From positions 620,001 to 684,000 of the forward strand of contig JANJGN010000189.1 of assembly GCA_026770705.1 (NCBI GenBank): a stretch of DNA of 64,000 bases. The letters are read 5' to 3'. A model generated the notes under the pieces. It did no database searches. It had not been told where the DNA came from and saw only the letters and a list, made by a program, of their open reading frames with translations. The first letter of the stretch is position 1, and each line of letters starts with the position of its first letter. Below are positions 25,065 through 36,235 of the stretch, piece by piece. This DNA is from Isurus oxyrinchus (lineage: Eukaryota). The position numbers and the translations under genes were made by a program.

Positions 25065-25660
25065 CTAAAAACAAATCAAGTGTTTAATGTGAGCAAGCAC
25101 AATTTACAGCAAGACTCCACGCATCACTCTCTGTATCTGATGTCTGTATGCAATTCCGGGTACCTTCCCTCCATATAACTTCCACTGTCAAATTTATAAT
25201 GGGCACTGCCTATGTAAACAGTCAAACTACAGTTACATTCTCCCACCAGTAGAGGTGCTGTCCACCTAGAATGAAAGAAACTTTCACATCCTCAAGATTT
25301 TGCCAAGGGATTTACGGGAATGAATTGTATTTGATTGATGGAGCACTGAGGGATAAATCTACAATTCTCTGTTCAGGAGGTTGCTCATCCAGTTCAGGGT
25401 CTTGCTGATCTGGAGTTTACCTTCCTTCAACACAGAATCAGAGCTGATACCAAGACTCCAGTTCGGCACTGAGAGAGGAGAGGGACCTCATGTGTGTGTA
25501 TGTGTTTGTGTTTGTGTTTCTGCACATGTGAGTGTGTTTGTGTGAGTATGCACGCATGCGTCTGTGTGTGCGTGTGTGTATGTGTTTGCGCATATGTGAG
25601 TGTGTCTTTGTGTATATTTCTGTGCATGAGTGAATGTGTGTGTATGTTTATGAGTAGTGT

Positions 25661-25701
<41 letters not shown>

Positions 25702-25727
25702 TGATGTTGAAGTTTGCAGTAACTCAC

Positions 25728-26009
25728 GTTCCACAGTGATGGTTATGAACCCCTCCACTGCTCCATGTTCATTCTCTGCCACATACTGATAGTCTCCAGT
25801 GTCCCTGGATGTAACGTGAGGAATCACCAACCACAGCTCATTGCTGGAACCTGTTCAGTTCATTGGGACATTAAGATGTCGCCACGTCAGGTTAGAAGCT
25901 GGGAAGCTCTCGACAGAGCAGATTATCACTGCAGAATTCCCCTCAATTACATCGATCGATAAAGCGTTAATCATATCAAGAGAAGTAATTGAGAGATTCT
26001 GTGGTGCAT
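25728..26009 (-). pseudogene. Gene A: stalk Ig exon R7, inactivated
   Basis: AGA to TGA at 25855-25857 and F-strand Cys to Tyr (YQYVAEN) at 25783-25785; splice sites intact. Confidence 0.85.
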
Positions 26010-26685
26010 CTATAAACATAGAAAGATTTTAATATGAGCAAATATAGTGCACAGCAAGACTCCATGCATCATGTCTCTGTATCTGATGTCTGAATGCATT
26101 TCCAGGTACATTCCCTCAGGATAAGAACTTATTTCACATTTGCAATGGGCACTGCCTATGTAAACTGTCACACTGCAGTTACATTCTCCCACCAGTGGAG
26201 GTGTCCATCTAGAATGCAGGAAACTCCCTTTCAGATCCTCAGGATGTCCCCAAGGGCTTCAAAGGCAATGAATTGTATTTAACCAATGGAGCACTGAGGG
26301 GTAAATCTACAATTCACTGTTCAGGAGGTTGCTCCATGCAGTTCAGTGTCTTGATGATCTGGAGTTTACCTTCCTTCAGCACAGATTCGGAGCTGATACT
26401 GAGACTCCAGTGCAGCACTGGGAGAGGAGAGGGAACCCACATGTTTTTGTGTGTGTATGTGTGTGTTGGCTTGTGTGTGTATGTTTCTGTAAAATAAGGA
26501 TCTGTGTGTGTGCACGCACTCATGTGTGTTTGTGTGTGTGTGCGCACGTGTGTATGTCTATGCATGTGTGTGTGTGTGTGCTTGTGTGAGTTGAGATTGT
26601 GTGTGTTTCTGCATGTGTGTGTGTGTGTGTGTGTGTGCGTGTGTGTGCGTGTGTGTGAGTGATGTTGAAGTTTGCATTAACTCAC

Positions 26686-26777
26686 ATTCCACAGTGATGG
26701 TTATGAACCCCTCAATTATATTGATCGATGAAGCATTAATCATATCAAGTGAAGTAAATGAGAGATTCTGCGTGCAT
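26686..26777 (-). pseudogene. Gene A: stalk Ig exon R8, internally deleted and frameshifted
   Basis: 92 nt = 282 minus a 189-nt deletion minus 1 nt; AG/GT retained. Confidence 0.85.
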
Positions 26778-26996
26778 CTAAGAACAATTAAAGATTTCAT
26801 TGTGAACAAGACTCAGTACTGAGGGAGTGCTGCAGTGTTGGAGAATCAGTATTCAGGGACTGCTGCAGTGTCAGAGGTGAATTTGTATCAGTTAAAGATT
26901 ATTGATTTGTTGCTAAACGCAATGCAGTTGTGGGATCTTGCAATGTACTATGTAGAGCTTTCTAGCTAATGTAGAATGAAGGGTGTCCATTCTTAC

Positions 26997-27293
26997 CTTG
27001 CACAGTTAGTACGAGGGTCCGCTCCGATGAAACAGATGGATATCTCACTCTGCAGCTGAGTGTGTGTCCGTGGTGTTTGAGTGATGGGATCAGGGTCAGA
27101 ACAGAAGTATAGGTCAGAGTGACACCATGCTGAGTTACAGTGTTTGAGACTGATCCAGGTACGTCAGTGGGAGTGTCCCAGGTTAAGACAGGTGCTGCTG
27201 TTCCATTGCACGTTGTGTTGAAGGTGCAGCTTACATCCACACGCTTTCCTGCAATAATTTCAGCAGGGAATATCATGGGTTTATCTGTGAAAT
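26997..27293 (-). CDS. Gene A: Siglec domain 2 (C2-set) exon
   Basis: 297 nt, phase 1-1; DFTDKP...VSCTFNTTCNGTAAPVLTW...SVLTLIPSLKHHGHTLSCRVRYP, with the extra B-C-loop Cys typical of Siglec domain 2. Confidence 0.93.
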
Positions 27294-27544
27294 CTAACAG
27301 ACAGAGAATGGATCCTTTTAGAGAAATATAACGTGAAGTATCAGTTCAAATAGAAACCACAGTCCCACAAGAGAAAGCACTTTTACAAGGATGATATCAG
27401 AACTGAGAGGTTACAATGATCAGGAAAGATTCTCTTGCTCTTTGGCAGTAGTGTTTCTGTCTCTCAGCTTAATACACGTTCACTCCGAGACATGTGAATT
27501 GAGAACACTGGATGAGAGAAGAGGCTCAGACCAGAGATTGGAGT

Positions 27545-27680
27545 TAAAAGCAGAATACTGCGGATGCTGGAAATCTGAAACAAAAACAAAAATTGCTGGA
27601 AAGACTCAGCAGGTCTGATAGTATCAGTGGAGAGGAAGACAGGGTTAACGTTTCGAGTCCGTATGACTCTTCATCAGACC
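27545..27680 (-). mobile_element. Penelope-like element 3' terminal fragment with a hammerhead-like core
   Basis: Matches the 3' end of the element at 30592-32120; contains CTGATGA-stem-GAAAC. Confidence 0.7.
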
Positions 27681-28150
27681 AGAGGTTTGAGTTCACTGGC
27701 TTCTCATTTCCTCAGTGATCTGGGTGATTTATCACCTTGTGGTTTGTTGGATCTTGCTGTGCACAAACTGACTGCTGTGTTTAACATCTGTGACTACAAT
27801 TCAGGAATAATTTCATTGGCTGTGAAGGGATTTGGATCCTCCTGAGGTGGTAAATTGCGCTGCAGAAATGCACATCTTTCTTTTATCGATAAGTCAGACT
27901 TTTAAACAGGACAGGAGAGATTGATGGGAGTGGATAACCTGATAATACAGTTAATGCTTTTCATCATTGATATTAAAGTGATTTTAGGGTTGCTTTAGGA
28001 CTGAACTGGAAGCTGTCAGCAGGTTATTGAGAATCAGACAGTGTGTTATAATAAGCTGTGTTTTGTGTTAATATGTAAACGTCACAGTTTGTGTTATTTC
28101 CCATTGAGTGTTGAATGTGAATTGTTGAGTAATTATAACACAGCACTTAC

Positions 28151-28516
28151 CAGAAACGTGAAGCTGGGTTACAGGATAGTAGCTGTATTTATTTCTGCTG
28201 TCAAATTCTATTCTGAAAAAATAAGGTCCTGCATCTTCCCGTCTGATGTTGTTTATAATCAGGGAACAGTCACCATCTTTCAGGTCTCCAGACAGCCGGG
28301 TCCGATGGTGGAACCGTGGTAACTCGTGACTGTGATCCTTGGAGTGAAAGGCTATAGACGATGTTCTCCATTCCTCATTATTAAACCAGATTCCAACTCG
28401 TGGTTGCTTTTCCAAATGTGATGGATAACTGTAATGACATGGAATCTGTACACAGGAACCTTCCTGCGCTGTCACCTCTCGTGGAGTGTCACCTTTCCAC
28501 TCTTGTGACAGTCCAA
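28151..28516 (-). CDS. Gene A: Siglec V-set exon with the essential Arg
   Basis: 366 nt, phase 1-1; VGLSQEW...TAQEGSCVQIPC...GDCSLII...DAGPYFFRIEF; Siglec Cys pattern (two near strand B, one in E, none in F) and YFFR motif. Confidence 0.95.
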
Positions 28517-30591
28517 CTGTGGAGAGAAATATCAATACTTAATTCTGGATGTTTTTTCAATCCATTAGATTTGATATCCACCCACTCCATCACTGGGGCA
28601 CATTGGCTGCAGTGTGGACCATCTACAGGACACACAAGGAACTCCTCAAGGTTTCACAATGGATGGAAGAGAATCCTGGACGCAGGAGTGGACAAGTTCA
28701 TTCTACATTAGCTCATGGTCCTCAGGACACTGTTTAGCTTTTTTTCAAATTATTCATTCATGGGATTTATTACCCATCCCATGTCCATCAGAGGTATTTA
28801 AGAGTCAACCACATAGCTTTGGGTTTGAAGTGACATGTAGGCCAGACTGGGTAAGGCTGGCAGATTTCCTTCCCTATAGGTGATCAGTGAACCAGGGTTT
28901 TTAATCCCATTCATCTGCTGTGATAGGATTCACACCCAGGGCCCCAGAGCATCACCCTGGGCCTCTGGAATACTAGCCCAGTGACAATACCTCTCTGCTA
29001 CCACTTCCCCTTAGTGAAGCCAGTCTTCCACCCAACACAGTGTCTACAAGACGCACCAATTGAGATCCATTCAGTGCTGATTTACAAGACAGGACAATGG
29101 ATTAGGAGCCCTCAGAACTCCCCCCATTATCACCGTCATGAATCACTAATTAGCCTAACATTCCTGTCTGCTCTTCAACACAGCTGATTGGCTAATCTGA
29201 TTCAATCTGATTGGTGTTCATTCCCTCTTCAATGTTTAAGGAATCACCAATCACTCGGCCTCTAGTTATTCTCCTGCCCACAAGAGGGAACATTCTCTGT
29301 CTACCCAGTCAATCAAAACCTTTCATCTAATCCTAGTGGTGCTTGAGTATATAGTCGGGAATCCAGGGCAATGGAGCCTCAGGAGAAGAGATGGAAACCC
29401 TGTGAGGTGGAACGTCACTGAGGCCATCCGAGTTGAAGCGACTTTTGGAGAGAATTCCGAGGCAAGATCTTCGAAGTTGAAGACTGGAATCCCTCATGAG
29501 AGAAACAGAGTTTCAGTGAGATTGGTTGACTGACAGTGTTCACTGATGTCCGGGTGGGTTGTTGTGAAATCCATGGGCTCTATCTTGGTCGCGTTTACAA
29601 TTTAATGAGTAATGTGTCTGTGAGACCACAGTTTGCCTGTTAATTCACATGAGCTCATATTAATCCAGAATGTTAGGGTATAAGGTGGATATTGTGAATT
29701 ATTTTATCTTTCTGAGCTGGTGCAGTAAAGTTTATTTTTGTTTGTTTAAAAGCAAGGAATCTTGTAGCTTTAGTCTCTTTGCAAGCATCTTAAATCTCAA
29801 ACCTCGTCTACTTGAAACAAAATATTATTGGTTCCTAACTGTAAATTATCAAAAAAAATTGGGTGTCTGTTCCTCCATCAGCAACTCTTCAGAATCCTGC
29901 TGAAGTCACGGATATTTCAGAAGGACAGGGAACAAGAGGTTTCTGGTATCAGCGTTTTGTGTGGGGCCCAGTTCAGTTTGAACAAATAAACAACACCATC
30001 TTTGAAAGTCATGAACCCACCACAGCGGCACCTCCGACACATGCAGAGCTCAGGCGAGAGGCGCTTTGTTAGTGTGTTTCACAGTGTCTGCTGGAGTAGG
30101 GTCAGTGCTGAGAGGGTCTGCTCAAGGATCATAACAACCTGCACTTGCACCTTCCAAGTAATAAGATTTTGTAAATGTATTCATTCATGGGATGTGGGCG
30201 TCGCTGCCAAGGCCAGCATTTGCTGCCCATCTCTAATGTCCCGTGACATAATCTCTGTAGCAGAGTAGAGACAATCATGATCACTCAGGATATTTGACAT
30301 CTATCCACATGAACAGCTTTACCTTCCTTCTCTCTTTCAGTTATCTTACTCCCTTATTGAAGTTTCTAGCATGGTGAGAACTGGATGGTTTGCTCGGACA
30401 TTTCAGAGGAACCACGTTGCTATGAGTCTGGAGTCACATGTAGGCCAGACCAGATATAGACGGCAGATTTCTTTCCCTAAAGGCCATTAGTGAACCAGAT
30501 GGGTGTGTATGACAATCGATGATAGTTTCATGGTCTCCATTACTGAGACTGACTCCCATTAGTGTAAACAGAGTGAACAGTTTTCCATTGA

Positions 30592-32120
30592 CAAAAACAG
30601 AAACAGAATTACCTGGAAAAACTCAGCAGGTCTGGCAGCATCGGACTGTCCACCAATATCCATTACAAACCCACCGACTCCCACAGCTACCTCGACTACA
30701 GCTCCTCACACCCCGCTTCCTGTAAGGACTCCATCCCATTCTCCCAGTTCCTTCGCCTTCGTCGCATCTGTTCCGATGATGCTACCTTCAAAAACGGTTC
30801 CTCTGACATGTCCTCCTTCTTCCTTAACCGAGGTTTTCCACCCACGGTCGTTGACAGGGCCCTCAACCGTGTCCGGCCCATCTCCCGCGCATCCGCCCTC
30901 ACGCCTTCTCCTCCCTCCCAGAAACATGATAGGGTCCCCCTTGTCCTCACTTATCACCCCACCAGCCTCCGCATTCAAAGGATCATCCTCCGCCATTTCT
31001 GCCAACTCCAGCATGATGCCACCACCAAACACATCTTCCCTTCACCCCCCTTATCGGCATTCCATAGGGATCACTCCCTCCGGGACACCCTGGTCCACTC
31101 CTCCATCACCCCCTACTCCTCAACCCCCTCCTATGGCACCACCCCATGCCCACGCAAAAGATGTAACACCTGCCCCTTCACTTCCTCTCTCCTCACCGTC
31201 CAAGGGCCCAAACACTCCTTTCAAGTGAAGCAGCATTTCACTTGCATTTCCCCCAACTTAGTCTACTGCATTCGTTGCTCCCAATGTGGTCTCCTCTACA
31301 TTGGAGAGACCAAACGTAAACTGGGCGACCGCTTTGCAGAACACCTGCGGTCTGTCTGCAAGGATGACCCAAACCTCCCTGTCGCTTGCCATTTTAACAC
31401 TCCACCCTGCTCTCTTGCCCACATGTCTGTCCTTGGCTTACTGCATTGTTCCAATGAAGCCCAACGCAAACTGGAGGAACAACACCTCATCTTCCGACTA
31501 GGCACCTTACAGCCTTCCGGTCTGAATATTGAATTCAATAACTTTAGGTCGTGAGCTCCCTCCCCCATCCCCACCCCCTTTCTGTTTCCCCCCTTTTTTT
31601 CCCCTTTTTTTCCCTATAAATTTTATAGATTTTTCTTTTCCCACCTATTTCCATTATTTTTAAATATTTTAAAATCTTTTATGCTCCCCCCACCCCCACT
31701 AGAGCTGTACCTTGAGTGCCCTACCATCCATTCTTAATTAGCACATTCGTTTAGATAATATCACCAACTTTAACTTTAACACCTATGTGTTCTTCTGTCC
31801 CATTGTCACTGACATCTTTTGATGATCTGCTTCTATCACTGCTTGTTTGTCTACACAAGCACCTCTGTCTCTCTCTCTCTCTCTCTATCTCTCCGCCACC
31901 GCCCCCCCCCCCCCCTCTCCCACACACCTTAAACCAGCTTATATTTCAACTCTTTCTTGGACTCGAAATCAAGTTCTGTCGAAGGGTCATGAGGACTCGA
32001 AACGTCAACTCTTTTCTTCTCCGCCGATGCTGCCAGACCTGCTGAGTTTTTCCAGGTAATTCTGTTTCTGTTTTTGTTTTGGATTTCCAGCATCCGCAGT
32101 TTCCTTTGTTTTTATCTCTG
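30592..32120 (+). mobile_element. Penelope-like retroelement (RT C-terminus + GIY-YIG), 5'-truncated, with an inverted terminus and 13-bp TSD
   Basis: ORF 30808-31554 has NLVYCIRCSQCGLLYIGETKR..RFAEH; TSD agttttccattga at 30579-30591 and 32121-32133. Confidence 0.92.
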
Positions 32121-32244
32121 AGTTTTCCATTGATCCCACCTTTCCCGTTCTCTCCGGTGTTTTACACACTATTGCTCGATAATTTGATTCTGCCAAGGAC
32201 CCCTTGGAAAATTATGGACCCCAGTTAGACAACCGATGGAATGA

Positions 32245-32358
32245 GAAATCTCTTTGGATTCTTACTGCCAAAGGAATCTCTTTGGATCCTCATTGTCTAA
32301 GGAATCTCTTTGGATCCTCATTGTCTGAAGAATCTCTTTGGATCCTCATTGTCTAGGG
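32245..32358. repeat. ~27-bp tandem repeat (gaatctctttggatcctcattgtctaa), about 4 copies
   Basis: Visible tandem copies. Confidence 0.8.
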
Positions 32359-33540
32359 GATTATTTCTGATCCAAACCCCATATTGTTGTATTGTTGATT
32401 CCGATGCAGCATTGTAGACTGACTTGTCCCCAAGCTCAGCACTGACCCTACTCCAGCAGACACTGTGAAACACACTAACAAAGCGCCTCTGGACTGAGCT
32501 CTGCATGTGCCGGAGGTGCCGCTGTGATGGGTTCATGACTTTCAAAGATGACGTTGTTTATTTGTTCAAACTGAACTGGGCCCCACATGAAACGCTGATA
32601 CCAGAAACCTCTTGTTCCCTGTCCTTCTGAAACATCTGTGATTCAGCAGGATTCTGAAGATTTGCTGACAAGGGTCTTAAATTGTCTGATTGTTGAATGA
32701 TACAACACAGGAGGAGCTCATTTGACCCATCGTGCATGTGCTGGCTCTTTCCCAATTCCTCTCCAGCACCTTTCACACAGCCCTGCAAATTTCCCTTCAA
32801 GTATTTATCCAGTTCCCCTTCTGAAAGTTCCTGTTGAATCTGCTTCCACCGGCCTTTCAGGCAGTGAGTCAATGGTCTCTCTCTGAGCTGCAAAGTGCTC
32901 AGATTCTGTGAAATTTAAACTCTGCAGCGGATCAGAGACACTCATGATAACTCAGAATATTTGACAGTTTTACACACAAACGGCTTTATCTACTTCTCTC
33001 TTTCAGTTATCTTGCTCCCTTATTGAAGTATCTAGCAAGGTGAGAATGGACAGGAAGTGTGACACTGAACAGCCTGTCTATTCTAGGAGCTGCTGTGTTG
33101 TTTTCATGGGCAATTTTGAATAAAGGCAGGAAAGGACACAAATTTCAGGCCATTGCTATCGGAGACCTCGCATTAGGATAGGCTTCATCCACCAGTACTT
33201 ATCCCTGCTTCTCTACTCAACCCATCAATCCCAATCGCTCAGTGACCAACGTCCGACAGCAACTGAATTTTAAGATTCTGCTCTCGCTGCTACAAACCTG
33301 CCTATCCCTGCAAACCCCTCCAGCCCCTACAACCCTGCAAGACCTCTGCTGTCCTCCAATTCTACTGTCAGACAGGGATTCAGTGTACATCAGTGAGCAC
33401 AGTGGTCATGGATGAATGGGACTTGGTGTGAGTTTGTACACTGGATCACTGCTGATTCAGTTCCCTATCAGAGCTCAATAAGAATGATCTTTTACAAAGA
33501 CTATTAACCATAAATCTGTCTGAGCTGACGATGGTATTAC

Positions 33541-33580
33541 CTTGGAGAAGTGACAGGAGGAAGTATGATTTACCGATCAT
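33541..33580 (-). CDS. Gene A: signal-peptide exon (coding part)
   Basis: ACAATG start; MIGKSYFLLSLLQ + G|gtaata; joins V to give ...LLQVGLS-QEW; acceptor tttctctttcag at 33623. Confidence 0.88.
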
Positions 33581-34012
33581 TGTCCACTCTCAGATATTTC
33601 CTCAGCTTCTAACTCTGAAGTTCTGAAAGAGAAAGGAGTTAATGAGACCTCACCTCTTGTCCGACAGCTCTCGAGAGATCAGAAATGCTTTTAGACAATA
33701 TCTTCACAGACTAATTTGATTCTTTGTGGGATGATAGGTGCTCTGCAGAGAGTTACAATGCTTTCAGAAAGAAAAACAATGAAGGTCTTGCATTTCTATA
33801 TCCGCTTTCACCACCTCAGGATGCCCCAAGCTCATGTCCCTTGAGCTAGAAAGATGTTCTGTACAACAGACTTGAGCCTCACACCCAGATCTCAATAATC
33901 AGTAGAAATCTTTCAAAGGCATCAATCATTGGAATCTGTCTTTATAAAGTCACAACATCAGCAAAGGACGGTGTTGGTCGTGGAAGTGAATTCCAATCGT
34001 TCCGTTACTTAC

Positions 34013-34152
34013 CCAGGACCTGTCCGACTGCTCGCCTGGGGAGGATCTGCCCACACGCTCTGCTTGGGCTGAATGACCTCTTCCTGTGCTGCTCCCTCTG
34101 TGTGTTTAATTAGAAAAGGCTGATGTGTCACTGTGAGACAAAATGAGGAAGT
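34013..34152 (-). promoter_or_regulatory. Gene A: 5' non-coding exon and proximal promoter with a PU.1/ETS site
   Basis: Strong donor CTGG|gtaagt at 34012; AAAATGAGGAAGT at 34140-34152; both conserved in gene B. Confidence 0.6.
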
Positions 34153-34204
34153 TGGAACAAAGTGAGAGAACAGCACTTTGCTGTGCACTGTCAGTAAACC
34201 CTGT

Positions 34205-36235
34205 GTCTGTATAAGAATATAAGAACAGAACAAGTAAGATAAGCTGGACACCCTTATATTCCTTATATTCCATCCATTCATTTTTTTATCCCCTCACTGA
34301 AACTATTTATCTCCCTCTGCAGCCTCTTTGTGTCCTCCTCACAATTTGCTTTCCTGCTCAGCTTATATATTTCCTACCTATCTTCACCATACAGTCAGAA
34401 AATCTGTCTACAGTACAGTCAGTCCCTTCATCCAAGTCACTAATGTAGATTGTGACTAGTTGAGGCCTCAGCACTGATCCCTGTGGCTCTCCACTAGTTA
34501 CAGTTTACCAAGCTGAAAATCACCCATTTATCCTGGCTCTCTGTTTCCTGTCAGTTAGCCAGTCCTCTATCCATATTAATATATCACCTCCAACACCATC
34601 CAATTTCACCCTGTGCAGTATCCTTTGATGTGGCACCTTATCGAATGCCTTTTGGAAATCCAGTGTCATGAAGAGATATTTGTGTGTAAAATGTGCTTGG
34701 AAATTATATTTTCAAATAGAATTCTAGTGGTGGTCCATGTATAGGTGTGTGTCTGTGTGTGTCTTAATTGGATTAAAGCCAGCTGGTCTGTGTGCTTTGA
34801 TGTTTAGTAGTTTTGAGATGTTAATTGGGTGAATTGTGAGGAGAACAGTAAAGTGTTCATTTGCAATTGTTGAATAAACCATTCCAGACTGGGGGTAAAA
34901 TCTTGCACCTAGTTAGAAGGAGCCAAAAGATGTGTTTTTTCTTGAACTTACTAATGAAATTGGTGCTATGAAAGGGGGTTTTATTGTTCAAAGAGCTGGA
35001 CTTCAGAAGTCCGAGTGATACAATGGAAAATTTACATTCAAAGGGAAAGCTAGCTATATAAAGGAAGGAGTTTGTGTGTGTGAGGCAGGAGCATTTCAGA
35101 CCTAACCAGCCTGCAGCCTACAACCAACTTGCTAAGGAACCTCATTCGGAATTCGTAATGTCAAATGTGCTTTGCCTGGTGTCTATATTATGTCAATGAT
35201 TCATTGTTGCCTTAGTAGAGGTTTACGTGGGGTTGATTAATTGGGGGATTTGTTAAAATGTTATTATAATAGTTATTTGTAGCCAATGTGTATGTGTTAA
35301 TTTTGTTGTTAAATTAATAAATGGTTTATTTAGTTTTATATAAAAAAACCCACAAGCCTCCGTGGTCTTATTCCTACTGAATTCAAAGTCTTCATCTCGA
35401 AATTACAAATAGCAAAATTAGGTTATGACAGTTGTTTCAATTTTCCCTCTGGGATTTGAACAACTCAGCCTTTACCCTTGGCTGTGTCATAGTCCCTAAT
35501 ACACCACATCTACAGGTTCCCCTTTATCCAATCCACTTGTTACATCCTCGAGGAAATCTAATTATTTTTTCAAACATGATATCCCTTTCACAAACCCATG
35601 TTGACTCTGTCTGATTGAATTATGGATTTCTAAATGTCCTGCTGCTCCCTCCTTCATAATGAATTCTGGTATTTTCCCATTGACAGATGTTAGACTAACT
35701 GACCTGTAGTTTCTTGCTTTCTGCCTCCTCCCTTTATTGAACAGAAATGTTTCATTTATGTTTTTCCAATCCGCTGGGACCTTCCCATAATCTAAGGAAT
35801 TCTGGAAGATTACATCCAATGCATCCACCGTCTCTGCAGCCATTTCCTTTCAGACCCTCACATTCAGGCCGTCTGCTCCATGGGACTTGTCAGCATCTGT
35901 CTCATTAGTTTTCTTAATACTTTTTCTCTGGTGATAGTGATTGTTTTATGTTCCTCCCTCCTTGTTGCACCGTGACTTTCTCCTGCTATTGGGATGGTTT
36001 TAGAGATTTTTACTGTGAAGACAGACACAAAATTCTTGTTGAAAGTCTCTGTCATTTCCTTGTTTCCCATTATTAATTCCCCAGTCTGATTTTCTATGTG
36101 TCCCATTATTACTGTAGCTTCTCTCTTATTTTAATGTACAACATCTCACTGTCATTGTTTATGGTTCTTGCTAGTTTACTCTCATATTATCATTTCTGCC
36201 TCTTTATTATTCTGCTGGGATCCTTCAGGTCAGAT
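34205..36235 (-). mobile_element. CR1 LINE fragment with a nested solo LTR (34664-35492)
   Basis: RT motifs (VPADWK, NYRSVSLTS, QHGFVKGISC). The LINE is split at ttggaaatcca / aatacaccacatc. Confidence 0.8.

Noticed and set aside
19863-26660. His/Thr-rich and Cys/Val-rich ORFs
   Set aside because: Translations of (CA)n/(TG)n microsatellites.
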